Positions 25,079-35,900 of a stretch of DNA of 64,000 bases are shown here, one piece after another (position 1 is the stretch's first letter; every line of letters starts with the position of its first letter). The translations under genes and the position numbers were made by a program. Source of the DNA: Takakia lepidozioides (lineage: Eukaryota; Plantae; Bryophyta); contig CM060733.1 in NCBI GenBank assembly GCA_030704615.1, positions 42,222,001 through 42,286,000 on the forward strand, read 5' to 3'. The notes under the pieces are model-generated. The model worked only from the letters and a program-made list of their open reading frames with translations, made no database searches and was not told the DNA's origin.

Positions 25079-26990
25079 TTGAGTGTCAACACGGAGGTGC
25101 CACTAGTTGCTGGGGACAGTGCCGGTTCGAGCACTAGCGATACTAGTGGGTACACGAGACGAGGTGTGCGGTTTAGGCCACCTTCACCTCCTGTGTCTTC
25201 TACGGAAGGTTCTGATTCGGATTGTGAATCAGGAGGACTCATACCGGCGGTGCAAGTTGTTTCTTTGCCATTGTTGTGGGACACAATGGAGGAGATGTAT
25301 GGAGCTACCAAGGGGCCACGAAGGTACTCTGGGGCGGTGGGCACCATCGAGTTGGATGATTTTATCCAAGAGTTTGATAGTTGGTGTGATTTGCAGCAAA
25401 TGCGCAATCCACAACTATTTACGCCTTTCATGGCATGGAAGGGGCTGTTTCAGCACCTTGAGGGGCCGCCTATGGATGATTACCATGAGTTCAGGCGGGG
25501 CATGAGGTTGAGATCGAGGAGTGGAGGATGTACTGGTCACCCGACTATGTCTCCATCACTAGGGGCACTAGAGCCACGAGGGCAGTGGCTACACCTGCCG
25601 CTGCACCGGCAGCTTCAGCAAGTAGCAGTGGGACTGGTGGTACAGTAGCTACGACGTCCACCCAAGCCACTACCGCACCAGCACTAGCACCCGTGCCTGC
25701 CTTCAACCCTGTTGTGGAGTTCTTCGAAGAGTTGAGAGGGAACTACCAAGGGGTGAGGACAGAGAAGTTGCGGAGCTTGCAAGAGTTCCAACGGAAGCCG
25801 ACCGAGAGCTTGAGGGAGGCTTTCACTCGCATGAGGCGCTTGATAAATGTAACCCAAGGGGTTACGGAAGCTCAGGCAGTCCAATTCTGGTATGGGATAT
25901 TGGACAAGGAGCTGAGGAGAAGGTGCGGGATGCAACTCTCCTACAAGCGGCCCAACCCACCTTAGCAAATGTGTTTTTGCTGGCAGAGCGGATAGAGCTC
26001 AACATGGTGGAGGAACGAGTGGTCATGGTGGGATTTGCTAAGGAGACACCACGGGGTAGTGGTGCTCCTAGCCAACCACTACCTCAACGTGCTCAAGGCA
26101 ACAAGGGGGCTCAGGTGAAGCTCAGGGAAGGGCAGAGAGGACCTCAGATGCAGGGGTCTCTCCCTTCATTTGCTGGCCAACAACGGGGCGGATGTGGTGT
26201 GCTGGACATGTGGAGGACCCCATGTCAAGAAGGATTGCCCAGAGGGAGGCAAAGGGGGGGCACATGCACAGCCTGCACAGTTGCAGTGTGGGCATTGTGG
26301 CAAGCACGGGCATGGAGAGGCCCAGTGTTATGGTTTGCATCCTGAGTTGCGCCCAGGCCAGTTCCAAGGGAACAATGGTGGCCGGGGGCGAGGTGGAGCA
26401 GCCCAGAGAGGACGAGGTGGCCAGCCACGAGGCCAAGGGCAAGCTCAACGTGGCCAAGGACGCGGAGGTCAGGGTGTTGACCAAGGCATGGCCAACCGGC
26501 TTCAGCAGCTAGAGCAGAGGCTCGCTGCCATGGCTACAGCTCAGGTGGTACCGGCTCTAAGGCCGGATGGTCCACCTCCTGCTCCTGAGGGAGGAGATAT
26601 GGGAGGCATGGGATTCATGTGTGGAGCAGCACTACCACTAGTGCAGGTGGAGTCTGCTGCAGCCGTGACTCGAGGAGCAGCACGAGTTCCTGAGCCACGA
26701 GGTGCAGAGGTGGAGTTGGATCCACAGCGTGGGGAGGCAAGCCGTCAGGCTAGGCTTCCTCAGTCATTCACATTGGCGGAGACAGTGTCGACGCCATCCA
26801 TGGCACCTAGTTCTCGCCCGACTGTTACCGAGGCGGAGGTTACTATGCCATTGGGGAGAGCTACACGGGTAGCACCACTACCTAGTGTTGCCAAGGCTAC
26901 GGCAGCTAGTGTGCTGCTAGGAGCGGCCACATCTGTGCCAGGCTCCATTGTTCTCGGCTACCATGATTGCGACGCCGGGGGTAAGACCAG
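25079..26990 (+). pseudogene. gag of element C (frameshifted)
   Basis: Capsid-like region LDDFIQEFDSWC...FQRKPTESLREAFTRM; zinc knuckles CWTCGGPHVKKDC and CGHCGKHGHGEAQC; RGG-rich tail. Confidence 0.85.
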
Positions 26991-27199
26991 CTGAGGTGTT
27001 CAGGCTGGCAGCTACACTCTGTGAGAGTGGGGAGGTTACTTCATCTTCTGCGGAGATAGTGGGAGGTGTAGTGCCGGAGGGATCCTCGGATTTGAGGGTC
27101 AAGACTGCCACGGCGGCGCCATGGCAAGCTGCAGCTGCCAGGTTGATGGAGCTGCCAGCTAGGCCAGCCATTGAGCGCGCCATGGTGACACCTGGAGTT

Positions 27200-27640
27200 G
27201 TCATGTTAGACAACCAGGATGGCATTTTCTGTTTGAGTGGACCGGCAGGCAAGAGGTACCGGCCACTGCGGGTCTTGTTGGACTCGGGAGCTCAGCCATT
27301 GATGCTGGGCAGAGCTGCTATTGCAGGCTTGGGCCTCACGGAGGCGGATATGGAGCCTTGTCCTTTCCAGATACAGACGTCTCTGGGAGGATCGGAGCAG
27401 GCTCGGGCATGACACGGCGTGAGTTGGCTATCAGACTACGGCCGGATCACCCTACAGATGGCTCAGTGATGCGAGCCAAGGCCATTGTGACAGACGCAGT
27501 CTCATACGATGTCCTGGTTGGTGGGGCAGTGTTGTACCCCATGGGCTTCACCCTGGATTTTTGGGAGGAGTCAGCTTCCTATAGGCCTGCATGGCAGTCA
27601 GGGGAGGGCCGGCGTGTGCAGCTCCCTGTGACGTTCATAG
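27200..27640 (+). pseudogene. Aspartic protease of element C
   Basis: RVLLDSGAQP and YDVLVGG motifs. Confidence 0.85.
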
Positions 27641-27979
27641 GAGGAGTTGCGGTTGCCCAGCGAGGCAAGATGCCGACACTAGCAGCATTCACAGCGGCAG
27701 TGAGTTGGCCTAGAGAGTTGCTTGAGGGCAATGCTCATTCAGAGGATGTACACCTCCGGGAGAGCAGGATGACATGTATGGTATGGCGGAGTTGCCTACC
27801 ATGGTTGCTCAGACTCCATTGTGGGGCACGAGCAAGGATTTGCAGCGGGATGCTGATCGACGGGTGCAACAAGCCTGGGTGGAGGCTTTTGTACCGTCAG
27901 GAGAGGAGGAGAGTGTGGGGATTGCACCAGGACCACCTCAATTGTCTCCATTGGACACCACACCTATTGTGTGGCAGTA

Positions 27980-28900
27980 TCCGGATGAAGGCATTTGTCT
28001 TCTGGACTTGTTTGGCGGGATCAGCACCGGATTGGCTGCTGTGTTACAGGCAGGTGTACGAGTTCGGCGTTACCTGTATGTGGAGAGGGATGAGACTGCA
28101 CGACGCGTTTCACTTCGCCATGTTGCTCAGTTGGTGCAGCGGTACCCTGAGTTGTTGTCGGTGTCTGCAATTCGTGGATATCAGCAGGCCTTGCCAGCAG
28201 ACATTTCGTTGCTGGGGGCGCAGGATTTGGAGCGGGTTGGCTCCATTGATCTGGTAGTGGCAGGTTGGCCCTGCCAAGGGCATTCATCAGCCGGGCATGG
28301 CAATGGATTGCGAGACTCGAGGTCGGGTCTGTTTTGGGAGATGGTGCGGGTTTTGCGCCACTTGCAGCTTCATCAAGCTGTATCTCCAGCATACATCTTG
28401 GAGAATGTGCCACTGATGGGCGATTCTCGGGCCAGGGTGATGGCCAGTGTGCATCAAGTCCGGTCGTGGCTTGGGTCAGCAGTGTTGCTAGATGCAGCTA
28501 CAGTGGGGTCACGGGCTCATCGTCCACGGCTATGGTGGACTAACTTGATGCCACCCGCACTGCTCAAGCGTGCATTTGATGGGGTGCAGCGGCCAGCATC
28601 TCACAGTGGATAACATTCTGGACACAGGGAGGCAGTCTCACGTGTGAGACACAGAGCGGTCAACCCAGCATTACCTACACTGCTCAGCTTCCCAGGATCG
28701 CATGCTTTCCGGGATAGTGGACCTGGCCTCTGTGGGATGCTCAGTTGCAGCAGTTAGTGGAGCCTAATGCTGACGAGCGTGAGCGGGCAATGGGTTTTAC
28801 CACTGGTACCACGGCGTCTTTCTGAGGCATCACGTCGTCAAGTGTTGGGGCAAGCAATGGATCTCAATTGCTTGACCTGGATTATCAGCTTGGCTCTGGC
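27980..28900 (+). pseudogene. C5-cytosine DNA methyltransferase domain (DNMT3/DRM-like) within pol of element C
   Basis: Motif I LLDLFGGI; motif II YVERD; motif IV AGWPCQ (28263-28277); motif VI ILENV (28401-28409); motif VIII AHRPRLWWTNL; motif IX EPNADERERAMGF; motif X RRQVLGQAMD. Frameshifts after 28600. Confidence 0.92.
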
Positions 28901-29349
28901 TGAGCAACGCAGAGTGCGGAATACACTTCCCTCAATGGTCTCTCTGCCTACCGAGACGGTACAGGCAGTGAGTGGGGGCGAGCATATGAGGACCACGGGG
29001 TGCATGCATCCATGGCACACGTGGGAGGTGCTCGAGGTTCAGAGGGAGTTGGCAGCCAAGGCGGCTGTGATGGATGAGGTTGGGGATTCTTCTCGGGTTG
29101 AGGAGGTCCTCAAGGATGAGATGATGGGGCAGGATGAGGCCTTGTCATTGACTGAGCAGGTAGGGAGTACTGCTCAAGAGGTTGCAGCATAGCAACCACG
29201 GGACGCGTCCTCTACCTCTAAGCCCACTGGACTTAAGGTTGTAGTTACGGAGGACAATTGGGAGCCTGACATTGGACCCATTGTCACCGGAGGAGAGAGA
29301 CGACGTATACGGCGGTTCCTGAGGGCTTACAGGAATTGCTTTGCCTTCA

Positions 29350-32307
29350 GTTTGAAGGACTTGGGAGCACTGAAGGGTCAAGAGATCCGTATTGAGTTGG
29401 CCACTGACACGCCAATCTTTCGGAGACCCTATAGATACAGTGACATGGAGAGGTCTTTGATTCAGATGAGGACTCAAGATCTCTGGGAGGCAGGTTTGGT
29501 GGAGCTCTGGAGAGTATGCTTCAGCCACAGTGATGCCAGCCAAGAAGGATGTCTATGGCAATTGGACGGAGACGTATGTGCGGTGATTACCGGCCTGTAA
29601 ATCGTCAGACCAAGTCCGATAAGTATGCCATGCCAACACCAGAGGAGATCTTTGATGCCATCGGGCATGCTAAGGCCTTTAGCACTTTGGATTTACGATC
29701 CGGATATCACCAGTTGCCAATCAAGGAGGCGGACAAGCAGAAGACGGCATTCTGGGGGATCAATGAGCACGGCAAGGATTGCCTATATCAGTGGCGGTTC
29801 TTACCATTTGGGCTTAAGAATGCTCCTGCAGAGTTTCAGAGAGTCATGGATAGGATTCTAGCAGGGGTGGACTTTGCTCGGTGCTACATAGATGACATCA
29901 TCATCTTTAGTGTTACGATGGAGGAGCATGAGAGACACCTTCAGGTGGTATTGGAGCGCTTGAGAGCGCACGGATTGAAGTTGCATCCGGGGAAGTGCAA
30001 GTTTTTCCACAACCAGATTGAGTATCTGGGTCACATGATATATCCTGGAGGATTGGGGGTACAGCAGACTAAGGTAGAGGCCATTGCACAAATTCCACGC
30101 CCCACGGATGTGAGCCGAGTTCGAGCTTTCATGGGGTTGGCAAACTATTATAGACGGTTTGTCAAGGGATTTAGTACCATTGCAAAGGCTCTAACCAAGC
30201 TGACCAAGGTGGACCAGGAGTGGCAGTGGGAAGATGAGCAGGAACGAGCTTTTCAAGAGCTCAAGGCGAGGTTGACCTCGGCGCCTATCTTGAGACGACC
30301 TATCAGGGGGCGTCCCTTTCAGCTGCATACGGATTGGAGCATGCTGGGGCTTGGAGCGGTGCTCACACAGGTGGATGATGAGGGAAGAGAGTTCGTAGTG
30401 GCTTACGCTAGCCGCTCGAACAACGCTGCAGAGGCTAAGTACAGCTCATATGAGGGAGAGTGCTTAGCTGCAGTGTGGGCCGTGGCACACTTCAGGTGCT
30501 ATCTATACGGCAATCTTTTCACCCTTGTCACGGATCACCAGCCACTCAAGTGGTTGATGGAGTCAGACAAGCTTACGGGGAAGCTTGCACGGTGGGCACT
30601 TATACTCCAGGAGTATGACTTTCAGGTTGTGCATCGACCGGGTTTGGTCAATCGGGATGCGGATGGATTGAGTCGCAATCCATGCATGAGCCAGCAGGAT
30701 GACACTGGAGCTCGGTGGCATGGTGAGACGGACGAGGAGATGGTGCCGGGATGGCACGCATCTGCATTTTTGTGTATCTTGGCATCGGGAGGTCAGATTG
30801 GACCTACAACAGGGATGACTGTAGACGGAGTGTCTGAGGACCCTGAGGCTAGTGATGAGCTAGGTGGTGCCAGAGATATACATGAGGATTCGGCTGTGTT
30901 GGACTACCTCCGCACGGGAGACACGGCAGCCATTGTGACTGCCAGGGATCCTGCAACGAGCCAAGAGGTTCAAGTGGGAGGGGATACACCTACTTCGAGT
31001 GTGGGAGGATGGTCGGGTGAGGATTGTGCCTCACCCCACACAGCGTGCACGGTTAGTGCGGCATGCCCATGAGGAGTTGGGGCATTTTGGAGTGCGACGC
31101 ACTCACAGTTTACTGCAGGGGCAGTATTGGTGGCGTGGTATGCATACAGAGGTGCAACAGTTGTGGCTAGGTGCATGGTGTGTGACAGGGTGCGTGCTTC
31201 ATTCAACGCCCCTACACCACAGTTGCATCCTTTACCAATCATGGGATTGGGCTACAGGTGGAGTCTTGACTTCGCAGGACCGTTGCCACTGACTATGCGC
31301 CACCACAGATATGTGTTGGTGATGGTGGAGCACTTCTCCAAGTGGATTGAGTTGGTTCCATTGCCTGACAAGGCTAGTGAGGGGGCTGCGTATGCATTCT
31401 TGGATCGTGTGCTTAGCCGATTTGGTGCCAGCTGAGGTACTCACGGACCAAGGGAGAGAGTTCTTGGGGGAGTTTCAGGCTTTGTGTGATAAAGCCTTGA
31501 TAGACCACCGCACCACTTCTCGGGATCATCCTGAGGCCGATGGCTTAGCAGAGAGAGTTGTTCAGACGGTGAAGAGGGGTTTGCGCAAGTATGGCTTGCA
31601 GAAGGGACACCTAGGAGATTGGGATCTTCAGGTTCCTTGGTTAGCCATGGGCTACAGGTTCAGCAAACAAGCATCACTTGCCTCCTTCTCACCATATTTC
31701 CTTCTCTTTGGCCGAGAGCCGGATTTGCCTGCAGCCATTCGTAGGGACACTGCTCAAGTCCTTAACCTTGACGATCCGGACGTGTGGGTACGTGCATGTG
31801 ATCAGCGTGCAGAGTTGTTCAAGAAAAGTCATGCCCATGGCTTTTGAGAACCTTGCCATTGCACAGCACCGTGATACGTTGAGGTATGCCACTATACGTG
31901 GTGGAGGATATCGTCCTGGGGTTCGGAGGTTTAGCCCTGGTGACTATGTTTATTTGCAGCAGACTGCTCCTACGACTCTGGATGTTACTGCAGGGCGTGT
32001 TATTCTGAGGGTTCGAGAGGTGTTGCCCTCAGGGGTCCTGATCTTGGAGGGTCGGGATGGCATGACTTGGAAGGACCATGTGCGTAATTGTGCGCCATGT
32101 CACCTTCCCAATGTCGATGGCAGAGTTGACCCAAACTTGGCAGTGGTACCTGCAGGTTTGAGGTGCATGCTCTGTGGGTCTGCCAAAGGGGCAGCCACCA
32201 TGCTGGTGTGTGATCGATGCTCAAGGGGTTGGCATATGGGATGCTTGACACCACCTCTTGAGAAGGTTCCTGACGGAGATTGGTTGTGTCCACACTGCTT
32301 GGGATAG
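29350..32307 (+). pseudogene. RT, RNase H, DDE integrase and C-terminal PHD finger of element C
   Basis: RT: LDLRSGYHQ, PFGLKNAP, YIDDII. RNase H: HTDWS, YEGECLA, TDHQPL. Integrase: HEELGHFG...CMVC, WSLDFAG, TDQGREF, DGLAER. PHD at 32164-32298. Confidence 0.93.
32164..32298 (+). other. PHD finger (C4HC3) at the integrase C-terminus
   Basis: CMLC-x11-CDRC-x4-H-x2-C-LTPPLEKVPDGDWLCPHC, a canonical PHD spacing with the P..G.W.C..C signature. Confidence 0.92.
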
Positions 32308-32557
32308 TGGCAGTGGACATGACTGGAGGCAGCTAACAAGACATGGGAGGCCAAGCTCATAGGAGTCAATACATGAGATCCCAAGCTCAAGTTCACAGGT
32401 TGCAAGACGGCGACTAACGATGGGGGCAACTCTTGCACCCGGCCTCTTGATCTATCGAGTTTGAGTGTAGTAGGGATAGTGGTGGAGGACTTAGTGAGGC
32501 TATGGTCACTATCACATCTTGTGGCTACCTGGACTTAGAGGGACCTAAGCACCAGCT

Positions 32558-32568
32558 AGGGGGGCGAT
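32558..32568 (+). promoter_or_regulatory. Short G-rich PPT of element C
   Basis: AGGGGGGCGAT immediately before TGTGTGG, the start of B1. Confidence 0.65.
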
Positions 32569-33250
32569 TGTGTGGACTAGTGACTGCCATAGTGGGCAGC
32601 GTAGTGGCAGCCTAGTGACTGACTAGTTGTAGCCTAGTGGTTGGACTAGTGGTAGACTAGTGGTATACTAGTGTGTGGTGTGCACATGTGTTGTGTGGTT
32701 TTGGACAGCGATGTAGTTGTGTAGCGATATGTATGCGCACGACAGCTGTCAAGTTATTTTACCACTAGTGTGAAACTAGCTAGGAAATAGCTAGCTTTTA
32801 CATATTGACATTTGGGATTGGCCCAAGTGTCAATCCAGGGGTCAAGGCAGATTTAGGCCCTGGAGTGGTTATCTTCACGGCAAGCGCGGGAGGCTCATCT
32901 TTCTCGAGTTGAGCCTCACCGCGCCTAGCTATGGCGCCGTAGTGTGGATTCCCCATGGCGTGGGGTGCACTTGGCTTGACTTGTATTTGAGTGATGAGGT
33001 TATATATGCATGAGTTTATGCTTCAGCTTTGTGAGCTCGCATGAGCTTGTGCTTGTATTCTTCTTCTTTATCATTGTGTGGACTAGTGACTGCCATAGTG
33101 GCAGCCTAGTGACTGACTAGTTGTAGCCTAGTGGTTGGACTAGTGGCTGGACTAGTGGTAGACTAGTGGTATACTAGTGTGTGGTGTGCACATGTGTTGT
33201 GTGGTTTTGGACAGCGATGTAGTTGTGTAGCGATATGTATGCGCACGACA
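32569..33250 (+). repeat. 3' terminal repeats of element C: B1 (32569-32744), GC, A2 (32747-33073), T, B2 (33075-33250)
   Basis: B1 and B2 are near-identical 176-bp ACTAGT-rich repeats. A2 matches A1. Confidence 0.95.
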
Positions 33251-35254
33251 GGGCAGTAGAGACGGGGAGAGTGCTGGAGGTGGTTTCGCAGGTGGCTGAC
33301 CCTGTTGAGGAGGACGACAGGGAGCTTTCTGACCAGGATGACATCCTCCTGGACATCCCCAGGCCCCAAACCCGGAGCATACAGGCTGGATTTGGCGGTC
33401 CTGGTGGGCTGCCGGAAAACCCCTCTGCAGCAGACGTCATGTCTGAGGCGGATATGAAGTTGGCCGCTACCAAGATGTTGGAGGCAACCCACAACAACAT
33501 TGGCAGGGTGCTGGGGGGCATGGTGTACCCGGCCAAGCTTTGAATTCCCCTTTGCCGCTTGGTGTCATTGCAGGTGGTGAGACCTGCCCTCCCAGGCGAT
33601 ATCGACAAGCTGAAATTCTCTTTCCGGGATGGATATCGAATGGGGTCTGCCGTGTTTTACGTTTCCATTGAGAACGACCACGGAGCTTCCCGTGCCCACA
33701 CTTCCGATGAGGTGGACAAATGGGGTCCCCATTGGCAAACGCGAAATGAGGAGTTCGAGAGATCGATTGCTAGTGATCCTCTTTTCCAGCACTTGTCCGA
33801 TAAGATGTTCTACGTGTGGGACGGCAATCATCGCCTCCTGGCATGGATGGAGCACATTGCCCAAGCCCACCCCAACGACCTCGATTGGCATTTCGCCGTG
33901 GATTGTGTTGTGCTGAAGGTTGCAGGGCCCAAAGATCGCAGTCTTCTCAAAGCTGCAATGGCCGACATCAACTCGTAAGCTACAACCCCTCTCGCTTTTG
34001 GACTTTGAATTTGGAAGTCATTTCATTGCGAATCCTCATATATGATGAAAATTCCCATTTCAGTATTGTTTGATGGAAATGTGGCACTGCAGGGTGACTG
34101 AGAATGCCTTCATTGCCACCAACTTGTCCCATATGCTCTTCCGAGTGAAGGATGTTGGGAAGCAGGGGGTGCAAGAGTTTGCCAATTCCCTCAGTGCCGA
34201 CCTCTTGCGCAAGTTGGAGGCAAAGGCAGACAGAACCTGGTATAGGCTGAGCGTCGACGCCATGGTGGACTACATATTTCGGGTAAAGCTCCTGACAGTT
34301 TTGTTGAGCTAATCTGTCTCTCCTCCCCCAATAGAAGAAATTGTGTTGAGCAGGATCTCTAATCTTATGTGCGCATTCTTGACAGACGAAAATACAGCAG
34401 GATTTGGCACATGCGCGGAGGTTCTACATGGAGTCAGAGGAGAAGAATCCAACCCTCCCGGAACTCGAATCGTATGTCAAAGCTGCGGAGGTGAGGGCCC
34501 GCATAAAGTACAAGTCGCGGATGGTAAAGTACGTGGCCATAGCTGATCCCGCCCTTGATGCCGACTCTCTGGTGGAGGTGGGGAAGCACTACTCTCGCGC
34601 TCTGAAGCCCACGATGACATTGGAGAAGCTCCATCATCTAGCCACATCCTGTGTGGATGCAACAGAAAAGGTGATACATTCTTAACCAAATTGTGGTGGC
34701 AACAACTCCTTTTTGTGGTGTTTGCGCTTACGAATATGCTGGGTGGTTGGACAGACCCGGTGGCTCCAAATCTGGAATGGTTCCCAAAGTACCAGGGACA
34801 TGTGGAGCTTCCCCAAACCGGACAAACTCTCTGACCCCACATTCGACATGTGGATGAAAACCATGACATGGTGGTTTCAGGTACTTCCCCACGCTTCGTT
34901 TGGGGCTTCTACTCTAGTAGGGGGTGGATTCATTGTATTTTTTCAGGAAACCGATCTGATGGAGAATCTCCACAGGTGACGACGAATGCGCAAGAGCAGC
35001 TGGACACACAAGCACATCAGTTCAAGATGGAGATATCTCCTGCAGCAGAGAGCCTACGTGACTATGTGACGAGGTACTTTCTGCTCTACAAAACCAACCT
35101 ATTCTTTCGGGAGATAGCAGATGCTCGCCGGAGCCACGAGTTCACCGACCAGCCGAACGCGGACAAAGCAGCAATGCGCCTTCTACAGGTACATACGCGC
35201 TGCCTTTCTTTCAAGTCCTTGCATTTCAGGATGTTAGAGGCCTCATGTGGTGTT

Positions 35255-35900
35255 AGGGAAAATGGCGCCGAATTTCCAGTCAGGGCTCCGAAAATGGCTA
35301 AGTCCCTAGACTGGCTGGCCCGGAACTGGAAATTCGGTGCCAATTTCCAGTTCCAGGCCCTATTGCCGTTCAGGGACTTGGCCATTTTCGGGCTAAGTCC
35401 CTAGACTGGCTGGCCCGGAACTGGAAATTCGGCGCCATTTTCCAGTTCCAGGCCCTATTGCCGTTCAGGGACTTGGCCATTTTTCCCTAGACTGGCTGGC
35501 CCCTGGAAATTCGGCGCCATTTCCAGTTCAGGCCCTATTGCCGTTCAGGGTTGGCCATTTTCGGGCTAAGTCCCTAGGGTGGCTGGCCCGGAACTGGAAA
35601 TTCGGCGCCATTTTTCCAGTTCCAGGCCCTATTGCCGTTCAGGGACTTGGCCATTTTCGGGCTAAGTCCCTAGGGTGGCTGGCCCGAACTGGAAATTCGG
35701 CGCCATTTTCCCAGGCCCTTTTGCGGTCTGGGACTTAGCCATCTTCGGGCCAAACCGGTGGCGCCGAATTTCCAGTTCAAGGCTCCCAAGATGGCTAAGT
35801 CCCTAGGGTGGCAGTCACCGAAAACCGAAATTCGGCGCCATTTTTCCATTTCTAGGCCCACTCACATCCGTCCCAACCTGGGAAAATGGTGCCGAATATG
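35255..35900. repeat. Intronic tandem array (~85-bp units) with GGAAATTCGGCGCC and GGCTAAGTCCC motifs inside the ParB-MTase gene
   Basis: About 6 tandem units of ctaagtccctagactggctggcccggaactggaaattcggcgccattttccagttccaggccctattgccgttcagggac, within intron 35189-35936. Confidence 0.85.

Larger units (their letters stand above)
22230..33250 (+). mobile_element. Ty3/Gypsy-type retrotransposon C with DNMT and PHD domains and split direct repeats (A1-internal-B1-A2-B2)
   Basis: Ends are TGTC...GACA; TSD GGGC at 22226-22229 and 33251-33254; domain order gag-PR-DNMT-RT-RH-IN-PHD. Confidence 0.92.

Noticed and set aside
22230-33250. Classification of element C as a DIRS/Ngaro tyrosine-recombinase element because of its split repeats and methyltransferase
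   Set aside because: It encodes an aspartic protease and an HHCC/DDE integrase and makes a TSD. No R-H-R-Y recombinase motif was seen. Its MTase is C5-type, not the Dam-like domain of DIRS.
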